Source of the DNA: an uncultured delta proteobacterium
GTDB lineage: Bacteria > Myxococcota_A > Polyangia > Polyangiales > Polyangiaceae
Assembly: GCA_963841435.1 (NCBI GenBank)
Contig: CAWJCS010000005.1
Coordinates: 480,001-544,000, forward strand
Reading direction: 5' to 3'
Length of the DNA stretch: 64,000 nucleotides
A program made the position numbers and the translations under genes. The notes below the pieces were generated by a model. The model saw nothing but the letters and a program-made list of their open reading frames with translations, had not been told where the DNA came from and did not search any database. Positions within the stretch are counted from its first letter, which is position 1; each line of letters opens with the position of its first letter. Below are positions 21,125-30,961 of the stretch, in pieces.

Positions 21125-22315
21125 TCAGCTCACGGCGAGCCCGAGCTCGTGCAGCGCGCGACGCAGCTCGTCCCCCGAGGCAGGCAGCATCGCGCCCAGG
21201 CGACGCGCATGCGTCCCGAGCCAGGGCGGAGCGTCGGGCAAGAGGTCGTATTTCACGTGGAAGCCGAGCAGCTTGTGCCACTCGCGCTGGTGGCGGGCGC
21301 CGTAGCCTTCGAGCAGGCCGACGTTGCTGCCATGGGACACGCAGGCGACGATGCGCTCGATGAAATCGTGGGCCTCGAACAAGCCGTTGTTCATGCTCTG
21401 CGCGCCGAACGGGCTCGTCACGTGCGCGGCGTCTCCCGCGAGCCACACCCGACCGCTGCCGAAACGCCGTACCAGGCGTCGCTCGAACTGGATGACCGAG
21501 CCCCAGTCGACGCGGCTCGCGCCATCCGGGTAAAAGGGAATGCGCTCGCGCGCGAGGCCCTTTAGTCGAGCAAGATCGGGCAACACGTCGAGGCCCTGGT
21601 CGATCTGGAAGCCGAGCCGCGCGCGGCCGCCCGTGAGCGGCACGACGGCCGACGCCAGGCTGCCCGCGAGGACGAGCTCCATACGCTCGCCCGGATCCTC
21701 CTCGACGGGCGCTTCGAACATCGCGAACGTTTCGGTGCGTCCGAGCTCCGCCGCCTCGATGCCCAGCGCGGAGCGGATGCGCGATTCGTAGCCGTCCGCG
21801 CCGAGCACGAAGTCGGCCGTCACCTGCGACGATTCGACGGGCTCCCACTCGCTGTAGTCGGCCGGCGAGCCGTGGCGGGCGAGCTCTCGGCGCACGAGCC
21901 GCACCTCGACGTTGGCAGCGCTCTGGCGCAGCGTCGTCGCCTGGAAGGGCGCAAGGAGCTCGACGTTCGCCTCGCGGAGCGCCGTCAAGAGCTCCTCCTC
22001 GAGCACGGCCTGAGGCACGGCAAGGGCCGGGGACGAAAGCGCTAGCTCCACGGGATCTTGGTCGTCGGCGCGCAGGCGCACCGTCCGCACGGGACGCCCG
22101 ACCTCGCGCAGGCGGTGGCCGACTCCGGCATCCGCAAGCAGGCCGACCGAGCGCGGATGCAGCAGCGTGGCGTAGCCGCGGCCCCAACCACGGAAGGTCT
22201 GATCGATCACCTCCACCTCGAGGCCGGCGCGAGCTGCTTCGAGCGCCGCGAACATACCCACGGGGCCTGCGCCCACGACGAGGAGCTGGACTGAGCGATC
22301 GCGCGCGGTGGCCAT
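21125..22315 (-). CDS. FAD-dependent monooxygenase (FAD_binding_3 type)
   Basis: VVGAGPVG, LGADG..S.IR, LAGDAAHVTSPFGAQSMN. Confidence 0.85.
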   Translation of the reverse strand: MATARDRSVQLLVVGAGPVGMFAALEAARAGLEVEVIDQTFRGWGRGYATLLHPRSVGLLADAGVGHRLREVGRPVRTVRLRADDQDPVELALSSPALAVPQAVLEEELLTALREANVELLAPFQATTLRQSAANVEVRLVRRELARHGSPADYSEWEPVESSQVTADFVLGADGYESRIRSALGIEAAELGRTETFAMFEAPVEEDPGERMELVLAGSLASAVVPLTGGRARLGFQIDQGLDVLPDLARLKGLARERIPFYPDGASRVDWGSVIQFERRLVRRFGSGRVWLAGDAAHVTSPFGAQSMNNGLFEAHDFIERIVACVSHGSNVGLLEGYGARHQREWHKLLGFHVKYDLLPDAPPWLGTHARRLGAMLPASGDELRRALHELGLAVS

Positions 22316-22335
22316 GACCTCAGTCCCTGCATGGG

Positions 22336-22351
22336 AGCAAAGATCGGGCCG
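22336..22351 (-). promoter_or_regulatory. Putative sigma54 promoter of the monooxygenase
   Basis: Minus strand CGGCCCGATCTTTGCT (GG-N10-GC). Confidence 0.6.
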
Positions 22352-22423
22352 AGGCCGCGTCTCACGTCTTTCCCCCTATGAAGGCCGAGGCAGCGACGCG
22401 GCCTGGAAAAAACCGCGCCGGCT

Positions 22424-22468
22424 GCGCAAATGTTGCGCCGGCGTGACCGGCCGACGCAGCCGTTGCCG
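22424..22468. promoter_or_regulatory. Paired palindromic sites between divergent sigma54 promoters
   Basis: GCGCA-AATGT-TGCGC at 22424 and ACGCA-GCCGT-TGCCG at 22454, 30 bp apart. Confidence 0.6.
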
Positions 22469-22522
22469 CACGTCGCCTCGGCAACGAGCCCCGGGATCCG
22501 AAGGGGCCCCGGCGAGAACGCT

Positions 22523-22538
22523 TGGATCGAAGCTTGCT
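22523..22538 (+). promoter_or_regulatory. Putative sigma54 promoter of the USP pair
   Basis: TGGATCGAAGCTTGCT (GG-N10-GC). Confidence 0.6.
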
Positions 22539-22564
22539 ACCAGCTATCCCCAAGCCCACACGCG

Positions 22565-23020
22565 ATGACCATCCGGCGCATCCTCGTCCCCGTCAACTAC
22601 TCGGCCTGCTCGCTCGAGGCGCTGCGTTATGCCGCGGAGCTTGGGCGGACCCTGCGCGCGACGATCGACGTGGTGCACGCCTGGGATCGGCCCACCTACG
22701 TTTCCGACGCCGTGATGGTCCGCCACCCCGACGGCGGCTCGCGCTCGCTCGCCGACATGATCCGGGCGAACGCCGAGTCCGATATGGACAGTTTCCTCGC
22801 GACGGCGAACCTCGGACCCGATCTGCTCGGAGAGCGCCGGTTGATTTCGGGCGACCCCACGGGCAGGGTGCTCGAGGAGCTCGCCAAGGGCACGCACGAT
22901 CTCGTCGTCGTCGGAACCCACGGCCGCACGGGACTGGGGCACGCGCTGCTCGGCAGCTTCGCCGAAAAGCTCGTACGCCTCTCGCCCGTCCCCGTGTTGA
23001 CCGTCCGACAGCCCAAGTAG
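22565..23020 (+). CDS. Universal stress protein
   Basis: RRILVPVNYS..DLVVVGTHGRTGLGHALLGSFAE..PVLTVR. Confidence 0.9.
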   Translation: MTIRRILVPVNYSACSLEALRYAAELGRTLRATIDVVHAWDRPTYVSDAVMVRHPDGGSRSLADMIRANAESDMDSFLATANLGPDLLGERRLISGDPTGRVLEELAKGTHDLVVVGTHGRTGLGHALLGSFAEKLVRLSPVPVLTVRQPK

Positions 23021-23063
23021 TCCTCCGCTCGCACGTTGCTGTCCGAAGCCTTGGAGCACGACC

Positions 23064-23513
23064 ATGTACAAGATTGGCAAGATTCTGGTCCCGGTTGACT
23101 TTTCTTCCTGCTCTCGAGCAGCGCTCGAGCATGCCCTCGCGATCGCCCAGACCGTGGGCGCCAAGGTCGACGTGCTTCACGTCATCGAAATTCCGTATTT
23201 CAGGGAAGAACCGCAGGTCACGTCGTCGAGCGGAACGGCCTCATTGGGCGACTATGCGCTCGCCGCGGCCAAAGCCGAGCTCGACGAGTTCCTCGGACAG
23301 CTGCCAGCCGACAGTCGCTCGAAGCTCACGGCCTACGTCGCCGTGGGGCGACCGCGAGACACGATCCTCGAGCACGCGGCGAAGGGCTACGACCTGATCG
23401 TCGCCGGGACGCACGGTCGCACCGGGCGCGCCCACTCCTTTGCGGGCAGCCTCGCGGAAAGCTTGGTCCGCAGCGCGACGTGCCCCGTCCTCACGGTGCG
23501 CGAGCCCGACTGA
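23064..23513 (+). CDS. Universal stress protein
   Basis: KILVPVDFS..DLIVAGTHGRTG..GSLAE..CPVLTVR. Confidence 0.9.
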   Translation: MYKIGKILVPVDFSSCSRAALEHALAIAQTVGAKVDVLHVIEIPYFREEPQVTSSSGTASLGDYALAAAKAELDEFLGQLPADSRSKLTAYVAVGRPRDTILEHAAKGYDLIVAGTHGRTGRAHSFAGSLAESLVRSATCPVLTVREPD

Positions 23514-23517
23514 CGCC

Positions 23518-24948
23518 TCAGCCTCTTGGACGCTCGGCGCGCAGCGTCTCCGCGAGCGCGAGGAAACGGGCGCGCGCGGCGCCGTGCTCGACGATCGGCG
23601 CAGGATAGTGCTTGCCGAGCACGATGCCGGCGCGCGAGAGCGCGCCGCTCGGGGCGAGCCAGGGCGTGTGCACGTGCCGGGCACCGAGCCCCGCGAGCTC
23701 CGGCAGGTAGCGACGCACGTACACCCCATCCGGATCGAATTTCTGGCCCTGCAGGGTCGGGTTGAAGACCCGAAAGTAGGGCTGCGCGTCGGCCCCCGAG
23801 CCCGCCGACCACTGCCAGCCGAGGTTGTTTTGCGCCCAGTCGCCGTCGGTCAAAAGGCTCATGTAGTGAGCCTCGCCCCGACGGTAGTCGGTGAGAAGGT
23901 GCTTGGTGAGAAAGCTCGCCGTGATCATGCGCGCACGGTTGTGGACGAAGCCTTCGGAGGCGAGCTGGCGCGCCGCCGCATCGACGACCGGGTAGCCGGT
24001 CTTGCCCGCGCACCAGGCGTCCCACGCGCTCGTGGCGTTCTGGTACCCAAACTCACGGAACTCGGCGCGGAAGGGTTCTTCGAGCAGCTCGGGGCGCGCG
24101 TACAAGAGGGCGTGCGAGAACTCGCGCCAGACGAGCTCGTTGTGGAACGCCCGGAGCGCGGGCTTCGCCGAGCGCACGAGCGCGTCGTTTGCGGCGTGCC
24201 ACACGGTGCGCGCCGAGAGCGTCCCGAACTTGAGATCCTGGGAGAGACGGCTGGTTCCGTCGAGGTCGAGGCGGTCGCGGGCGGTGTCGTAGCGGCGCCC
24301 CGGCCCGGCGACGAAGCTTAGGAGCCGCTCGCGCGCCGCGCGCTCGCCGCCACGCAGAAGGCGCGGATTGCCCGCGATACCGAGCTCGGCGAGCGTCGGC
24401 AGGGGTAGCGACGGCGTGCGCACGTCGGCGGGCAGCGCCGGGAGGTGGGCAGGAGCCGGCAGCGGCCGCTCGAGCCGCGCCTCGCGCGCAAAGGCACGCA
24501 AAAAGGGCGTGAACACGGAGAACGGCTCGCCCGCGCGCGTCCTCAGCGCACCCGGGGGGCACAGCGTCTCCCCCTCGAACAGCTCGAACGGCACCCGGAG
24601 CGCCGCCCCGACGCGCCGATCGCGCTCGCGCGCGAATGGCTCGGTCCAGCGTGCCGCGACCACGCGCTCGACGCGCCACGCGCTCGCTAGCGCCGGCACG
24701 GCGTCGGCACTGCGCCCGGCCACCACCACGAGCCGCGATCCGAGCGCGGCGATCGTCTGCGCGAGCTCGACGAGCGACTCGAGCAAGAACTGCATGCGAT
24801 GCGGAATGCGGCTCGCACGCTCGGGCGCGAAAAAGTACGGATCGAGCACGAACAGCGGAATCACCTCGCCTTTTTCGACGGCGTCGGTGAGCGGCGCGTG
24901 ATCGGTGACCCTCAGGTCCTTGCCGCGAAACCAGACCAGGGTCCGCAT
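23518..24948 (-). CDS. phrB: DNA photolyase/cryptochrome family (CPD photolyase)
   Basis: LVWFR.DLRV.DH, TSRLS..LKFG, ELVWREF, GKTGYPVVDA, HNRARM, NNLGWQW, YFRVFNP. Confidence 0.9.
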   Translation of the reverse strand: MRTLVWFRGKDLRVTDHAPLTDAVEKGEVIPLFVLDPYFFAPERASRIPHRMQFLLESLVELAQTIAALGSRLVVVAGRSADAVPALASAWRVERVVAARWTEPFARERDRRVGAALRVPFELFEGETLCPPGALRTRAGEPFSVFTPFLRAFAREARLERPLPAPAHLPALPADVRTPSLPLPTLAELGIAGNPRLLRGGERAARERLLSFVAGPGRRYDTARDRLDLDGTSRLSQDLKFGTLSARTVWHAANDALVRSAKPALRAFHNELVWREFSHALLYARPELLEEPFRAEFREFGYQNATSAWDAWCAGKTGYPVVDAAARQLASEGFVHNRARMITASFLTKHLLTDYRRGEAHYMSLLTDGDWAQNNLGWQWSAGSGADAQPYFRVFNPTLQGQKFDPDGVYVRRYLPELAGLGARHVHTPWLAPSGALSRAGIVLGKHYPAPIVEHGAARARFLALAETLRAERPRG

Positions 24949-25029
24949 CGAAGGCACGAGCTAGCGCGGATGGCGCGCGGGCGCAGCCGTCAGGACGAAG
25001 ACGTCGGCGCCGACCGGTGGACGATTTGG

Positions 25030-26727
25030 CTATTTGGTCGTCGTCACGGTCACGCGGACGAAATCGCCCGCGTCGGTTTCGCCCGTGATTTCACGGAGCA
25101 CGCCGTAGCCGTCGGTCGAAAACGGTCCGTCACACTGCATGCCGGGCGGGCGGCCGCTGTAAAAAATGTAGAGCTCGGAGAGGGTGAGCTCCTGCCCGAG
25201 GGTGTACACGCTCGTGAAGCTCGGCACGACCCCGCACTCGGCGCCGTCCCCCAGGCCCTGGAGCAGCGCGAGATCGGTGGGGCAGCCGCCGTCGCCGCAC
25301 GCCGCGATCTGCGTCTGGCAGCCGGCGTCCGAATAGTAGAGGTTGAACGGAGACTCGGTCGTGACGCTGCTCGGAATGCAATATTGCTCGAGATCGGTGT
25401 AGCGCCTGAGGTCGCAGCTTTCGTCGAAGCTCGTGTCGAAGAGCCCTCCCTCGCTCGCGAACGCCGAGCCAATCGGTGCTCCGGCGGCGAGCAGCGTGCC
25501 GTCGGCATCGCGATACACATCGTGGCGCAAGCGCCCGGTGCCGAGCCGTGTGCTCGCGACGCCGGGGAAGCTCGACGCCATGACCTCCGCCCCGACGCGG
25601 TAAAACGGTCCTTCACCCGTCACCTCCGCGCAGCTCGCCGTGCTCCCACCGTAGACCGTGCCCTGGTATTCGTCGCCAGCCTCGTAGAAGACCCACGCTC
25701 CGGGATCGCCCACGAAGTCTGCGACGTAGAGCGGCTCAGTGCACGAGATGAGCGACAGAGGCACCTGACACTGCTCGTCCTCGAAGCGATAGTCACGGCC
25801 GCTGAAGACGGGCGCGGGAACGCAGATGGCACCCGAGCCGCGAGCGAACACCCGACATTCGCGATCGGCCTCGGGGTCCGCGAGCGCGAGGGTCTGGAAC
25901 GCACCATCCGCCGCCTCGACGCGCTGTACCGAAAGCCGCGTCGAGCTCGGGAGCACGCGCACGTGGCCCTCGACGAAATCGGCCGGAGCGGCGTCCGAGA
26001 GCACGTAGTAGCGAGACGCAGCCGTGGTCTGGCCCTGCTGGGAGCAGCCCCCGTTGTCGGCGTAGAGCGTCACGCCGGTCGCGAGCAACGTGGCGCGGAG
26101 CGGCTGGAGCGTGCTCGTGCACGCGGTGCTCGTGCCCGATTCGCTCGTGTAGGTGTCGGTGGCCGGCGCGCAGCTCGGGTCGGCCGTCACGACGCGCTCG
26201 GTGCAAGCGGCGTCGGCGAAGAGCTGCGAGCCCATCGCGAGCTCCGGGCGGGCGTCGGGTAGGCAGCGCAGGTGACCATCGGTCGCCGTACGAAAGCTGC
26301 AGTCGACGTCGAGCTCGGTGTCGTGAAAGCCCACGAACACGGGCGGCATGTCGCCCGAGCGGATCTCGTTGACGGCGAGGCGTGTTCCCTTTTCGTACGA
26401 AGGCAAGAACGATGCTCGGTCGCCGACCTCGCCCCCGGCGCCGCCTGCCTCGTTGCCGTTCGCGCCGCCCTCGCCGGAAGCGCCCGCGGCGCCCGCCTCG
26501 CCGGCACCGCCACCGGTTAACACGGCACCGGCGCTGCCACCGCCACCCGCGCGGCCCCCGGAGCCGCTCGCACCGCCGTCCGCCTTACCTCCCGAGCCGC
26601 CCGCGAGATCGCCCGCCGCGCCGCCCGTTCCGGCGGCGTTCGGCTCGTTGCCCGCGTCCTTCTCGCCGCACGCGGCGGCCGCGGTTGACACCACCACCAA
26701 GCACACCCCGAGCCGCACCGCTTTCAT
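25030..26727 (-). CDS. Lipoprotein with Gly-rich linker and three Cys-rich internal repeats
   Basis: Lipobox AAAC; repeats FHDTELDVDC..RCLP / LADPEADREC..ICVP / FDTSFDESC..YCIP. Confidence 0.7.
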   Translation of the reverse strand: MKAVRLGVCLVVVSTAAAACGEKDAGNEPNAAGTGGAAGDLAGGSGGKADGGASGSGGRAGGGGSAGAVLTGGGAGEAGAAGASGEGGANGNEAGGAGGEVGDRASFLPSYEKGTRLAVNEIRSGDMPPVFVGFHDTELDVDCSFRTATDGHLRCLPDARPELAMGSQLFADAACTERVVTADPSCAPATDTYTSESGTSTACTSTLQPLRATLLATGVTLYADNGGCSQQGQTTAASRYYVLSDAAPADFVEGHVRVLPSSTRLSVQRVEAADGAFQTLALADPEADRECRVFARGSGAICVPAPVFSGRDYRFEDEQCQVPLSLISCTEPLYVADFVGDPGAWVFYEAGDEYQGTVYGGSTASCAEVTGEGPFYRVGAEVMASSFPGVASTRLGTGRLRHDVYRDADGTLLAAGAPIGSAFASEGGLFDTSFDESCDLRRYTDLEQYCIPSSVTTESPFNLYYSDAGCQTQIAACGDGGCPTDLALLQGLGDGAECGVVPSFTSVYTLGQELTLSELYIFYSGRPPGMQCDGPFSTDGYGVLREITGETDAGDFVRVTVTTTK

Positions 26728-26904
26728 GGAGCCTGCGAATCTAGCCAAGCTAGGTCCGCGCTGAAAGCCCTGTTTGTCAGTGGATCACCGGCGCCTCATT
26801 TCGGAACCTCTGTGTGGAACGGCGGGGCCCGTGGGCATTTCGTCGGAGCACGGTGGTCGCCTCAAAAGACCAATGTTCGAAAAAGGAGTACTAACGTGTG
26901 ATCC

Positions 26905-28149
26905 GTGCGGCGCGTCCTCACCACCTTCGACGCGACGTGCCTCGGCGTGAACGCCATCGTCGGGAGCGGTATCTATCTGTTCCCGGGCAAGCTCGCGGAC
27001 GCGCTCGGCCCGGCCTCGATTCTCGCGTGGGTCGTCACCGGGGCGCTCTGCGTGCCGCTCGCGTTCACGTTCGCGCTGCTCGGCGCGGACGAGGACCGCG
27101 CGGGCGGACCGTTTCGCTACGTCGACAAAGCGTTCGGCATCGTGCCGGGCTTCGTGGTCGGTTTCTCCGCCTGGGTGACGGCCGTCATTTCCTGGGCCGC
27201 CGTCGCCAACGGCTTGCCGCACTATCTCGCGCCGTTCGCGCCGTCGCTCGCCGAAGGGGCCGCGGCGCGGGGCGTTGCCGCCGTGCTCGTCGTCGCGCTG
27301 TGTGCCCTCAACGTGGTCGGGGTGAAGCCGGGCGCGCGGTTCACCGATTTGCTCACCGTGGGCAAGCTCGTACCGCTCGCGGCGTTCGTCGTGCTCGGGC
27401 TGTTCGCCGTCAACGGCGCACGCCTCGCGGCACCGCTACCGCACGGCCTTTTGCCACTGCCCGCCATGACGCTGATGACGATGTTCGCCTACCAGGGTTT
27501 CGAGGTCGTGGGCGTTCCGGCCGCGGAGCTCGCCGATCCCCGCCGCGCCGTGCCGCGCGCCATCGGGATCTCCATCGGCCTCTCGGCGTTTTTCTACACG
27601 CTCGTGCAGGTGGTGTTCGTCGGCGTGGGCGGGGGCTCCACGGGTTTGCCACTGCCCGACGCCGCGCGCTCTTTCGCGGGGCCGTCGGGCGCGGCGTTGC
27701 TCGGAGCGGGCGGTGTGGTCTCGATGCTCGGGTTCAACGCCGGCACGGCGCTTTCCACGCCGCGCTACCTCGAGGCGCTCGCCGAGAAGAAGCTCGTGCC
27801 ACCGATCCTCGCGCGGGCCCACGCGCGTTTCGACACGCCCGCGGCCGCCATCGTCACGAGCGGCGCGGTCGCGCTCGTCCTCACGCAGGTGCTCGACTTC
27901 GAGCATCTCGTCAACCTCGCGGTGCTCGCCGTGCTCGGCCAGTACCTCGCGAGCTCGCTCTCCTTGTGGCGGCTCGGCCGCACGCGGAGCGCGCGCGCTC
28001 TGGGCGCGGTGTCGGCCGCCATCAGCCTGGCCTTCGCGAGCGAAGCGCGCCTCGTCGAGCTCGTCGTGCTCGCAGCGCTCGTCGGCGTGGGGGGAGCGGT
28101 GGCGCTCTTCACGCGGTGGGGCGCCGAGCGCACCCGGCGCCTCGGCTGA
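26905..28149 (+). CDS. APC-family amino acid permease
   Basis: AIVGSGIY TM1 motif, GGPFRYV, FAYQGFE, PRYL; ~12 TM. Confidence 0.88.
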   Translation: MRRVLTTFDATCLGVNAIVGSGIYLFPGKLADALGPASILAWVVTGALCVPLAFTFALLGADEDRAGGPFRYVDKAFGIVPGFVVGFSAWVTAVISWAAVANGLPHYLAPFAPSLAEGAAARGVAAVLVVALCALNVVGVKPGARFTDLLTVGKLVPLAAFVVLGLFAVNGARLAAPLPHGLLPLPAMTLMTMFAYQGFEVVGVPAAELADPRRAVPRAIGISIGLSAFFYTLVQVVFVGVGGGSTGLPLPDAARSFAGPSGAALLGAGGVVSMLGFNAGTALSTPRYLEALAEKKLVPPILARAHARFDTPAAAIVTSGAVALVLTQVLDFEHLVNLAVLAVLGQYLASSLSLWRLGRTRSARALGAVSAAISLAFASEARLVELVVLAALVGVGGAVALFTRWGAERTRRLG

Positions 28150-28186
28150 GCGGCCACTCGGCGTTTGTGCCATTCTCGCGCCCGCA

Positions 28187-28440
28187 TTGAGCGAATCGAT
28201 CGGCGAGCCCGGGCGACGCGCGGCGGTGGGCGACGCATGGCGGCGCCTCACGCTCGCGCTGACGCCGCTGCTCGGCGCCGCGCTCGCCGTCGTGCTCGCG
28301 TGCCGCGCATTGCCCGAGGCAGCGCGCGCGCCGTTCGACAAGTCCGCCGTGGCGCGCGTCGCCAAGCGCCGGCCCGACTACGTGCTGCTCGGCAACTCGA
28401 TGGTTGAGACCCGCTTCGACGAGTCGCCTCGGCGCGGCGC
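28187..28440 (+). pseudogene. 5' fragment of an SGNH-hydrolase-like acetyltransferase partner
   Basis: TM segment followed by PDYVLLGNSM (block I like); breaks off at ~28425-28440. Confidence 0.5.
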
Positions 28441-29304
28441 TTCGACCCCGAGCGCGCGCGCTCGGCGCTGCTGCTCGTCGCCTGGGGCTACTTCAAGAAG
28501 CTCGTCGTCGCCGACAATGTCGCGATCGTCGCCAACAAGGTGTTCGCGCTGTCGGAGCCGACGTTTTCGCTGATCTGGGTGGGGACGCTGGCCTTTGCCG
28601 TGCAGATCTACGCCGATTTCTCGGCCTACAGCGACATCGCCCGCGGCACGGGTCGTCTGCTCGGCTTCGAGCTCATGACGAACTTCGACCACCCTTACCT
28701 CGCGGACGGCCCCGCGGATTTCTGGCGCCGCTGGCACATCTCGCTCTCGAGCTGGTTTCGCGACTACGTGTACGTCCCGCTGGGCGGCAATCGCGGCTCG
28801 CGGGCAAGAACGAGCCTGAACGTGCTCGTCACCTTCGTTCTTTCGGGCTTCTGGCACGGCGCAAGCTGGAATTTCGTGTTCTGGGGCGCGTACCACGGGA
28901 CGCTGCTCGTCGCGTACCGCTGGGTCGATCAACGCGCCCGCGCGCTCACCCGGGCACCCACACTGCGACCGCTGCGCGTGCTCGTGACCTTCGCGCTGGT
29001 CAACGTCGGCTGGCTGATGTTCCGCGAAACCGACACGCGCCAGTTGCTCGCGGATCTCTCGCTCTCACCCCTTCACGACTCAGCGGACGCGCTCGCCGCC
29101 GCGGCGCATCTCTTCGCCCTGACGGTCCTCTACGCGAGCCCCCTCCTCGTCAACTCGTCGCTCGAGCTTTTCGGGGTCTATCGCCGCGCGGGGAACACGC
29201 GGGGGTGGGCGCTTTCTTTCGGCGTGACGGCTGCCGCGCTGGCCGTGCTCACGAGCGCCTTTTACAGCACGGTGCCGAGCGACTTCATCTACTTCCGCTT
29301 CTAG
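28441..29304 (+). pseudogene. MBOAT O-acyltransferase (AlgI/PatA-like), N-terminally truncated
   Basis: GYFKKLVVADN, QIYADFSAYSDIA, NFDHPY, FWRRWHISLSSWFRDYVY, SGFWHGA; N-terminal part missing. Confidence 0.75.
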
Positions 29305-29392
29305 TCGTGCTGCGCTGGTCTTCGGCGAGAGCTGGCGTCGTGCGGCCGGGCGCCGAGCGGGCGGGCGCACCAAATTCCGGGTTACTCTCCCC

Positions 29393-30868
29393 ATGATGGC
29401 TGCCTACCCCACCCGACTCATCGGCGTGGCTCTCGTCGCTTCGAGCTGCGTCGCTCCGTCCAAGAAGGCGCCCGCCCCTGCCGCCGTTCCCTCGTCAGCG
29501 CCGACCGCCATGCGGACGGCACCCGCGCGCATGGCGACGCTCGTGCTCACGACGGCCGAGGTCCCGTTCGCGCGCTCGACCCTCTCACCGAGCACCGCAA
29601 AGGCCGGCCCCGCGACGGTTTCCGTCGACGACACCGCACTCGCACAGCGCATCGAGAGCTTCGGCGGCGCTTTCAACGAGAAAGGTTGGGACGCGTTGTC
29701 GGTCCTCGACGAGACCGACCGTCGGGAGGTGCTGCGCTCGCTCTTCGAGCCGGCGAGCGGGCTGGGCTTCGACTATTGCCGCACGCCGATCGGCGCGAGC
29801 GACTATGCGATGAGCCGCTACACCCTCGACGAGGCGCACGGCGACTACGAGATGAAGCGTTTCTCCATCGAGCGTGACAAGGAAAAGCTCATCCCTTACA
29901 TCAAGGCGGCGCTCGCGATTCGTCCGGACCTCGAGCTCTGGGCCTCGGCCTGGACGCCACCCACGTGGATGAAACAAAACGGCGCCTTCGACGGTGGCGC
30001 CATGCGCGACGACCCGAAGGTGTACGCCGCCTACGCCCTTTACCTTTTGAAGTTCGTCGAAGCGTACCGGGCCGAGGGCATCGACGTGACCATGGTGGTG
30101 CCCCAAAACGAGCCCGGGCAGCTCACGCACTACCCGAGCGCCGATTGGCAGCCCGCTCAGTACGTCACCTTCATTCGCGACCACCTCGGGCCGCTCCTCG
30201 CGAAGCGTTCGCCGGCCACGCGCGTGTTCGTCGGCACGATCAACCGCGGCGATTGGGACGTCGCGGCCGTGCTCTCCGACCCCGGCGTGAAAAAGGTCGT
30301 GTCCGGCGTCGCGTTGCAGTGGGGTGGCCTCGATCTCCTGCCCGCGGTGCGTGCGAAGTTCCCCGAGCTTTTCGTCATGCAGAGCGAAACCGAGTGCGGC
30401 AACAACCACTGGCAGCCCGGATTCGACCCCGACCGGCCACCGAACGACTTCGGCTACGCCGCGCACACCTGGCACAAGCTCCACGATTTTCTCGCGGGCG
30501 GCGCCTCGAGCTACATGCTTTGGAACATGGTGCTCGACACGCACGGAAAGAGCATCGACGCCGTGCGGCCCTGGCCTCAGAACGCCGCCGTCGCCATCGA
30601 CCGCGACGCCCGCCGCGCCATCTACACGCCGATGTACTGGGTGACCAAGCACTTTTCCGCGCTCGTTCGGCGTGGTGCCCGCCTCGCCAAAACGAGCGGA
30701 AGCTTCGCCGATTCGCTCGCCTTCGCGAACCCGGACGGCAGCGTCGTCGTCGAGCTCATGAACGAAACGGAGTCGCCGGTCGGCGTGACCGTCGTCGCAC
30801 GCGGCCAGAGCCATGCGCTCGGCCTCCCCGCGCGAAGCTTCGCGAGCCTCGTCGTCCCGCCCGGCTGA
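29393..30868 (+). CDS. Glycoside hydrolase family 30 lipoprotein
   Basis: Lipobox ASSC; FGGAF, RTPIGASDY, SAWTPPTWMK, QNEP acid/base, QSETE nucleophile, WNMVLD. Confidence 0.88.
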   Translation: MMAAYPTRLIGVALVASSCVAPSKKAPAPAAVPSSAPTAMRTAPARMATLVLTTAEVPFARSTLSPSTAKAGPATVSVDDTALAQRIESFGGAFNEKGWDALSVLDETDRREVLRSLFEPASGLGFDYCRTPIGASDYAMSRYTLDEAHGDYEMKRFSIERDKEKLIPYIKAALAIRPDLELWASAWTPPTWMKQNGAFDGGAMRDDPKVYAAYALYLLKFVEAYRAEGIDVTMVVPQNEPGQLTHYPSADWQPAQYVTFIRDHLGPLLAKRSPATRVFVGTINRGDWDVAAVLSDPGVKKVVSGVALQWGGLDLLPAVRAKFPELFVMQSETECGNNHWQPGFDPDRPPNDFGYAAHTWHKLHDFLAGGASSYMLWNMVLDTHGKSIDAVRPWPQNAAVAIDRDARRAIYTPMYWVTKHFSALVRRGARLAKTSGSFADSLAFANPDGSVVVELMNETESPVGVTVVARGQSHALGLPARSFASLVVPPG

Positions 30869-30961
30869 GCGTCGCGCCGCCGGGCGCGGCGGTGCCCGAG
30901 CCGGACGAGCCACCCGTGCCCCCGCGCGTAGTAAGCTCGGCCGACGACGCGAAAAAGCGCC

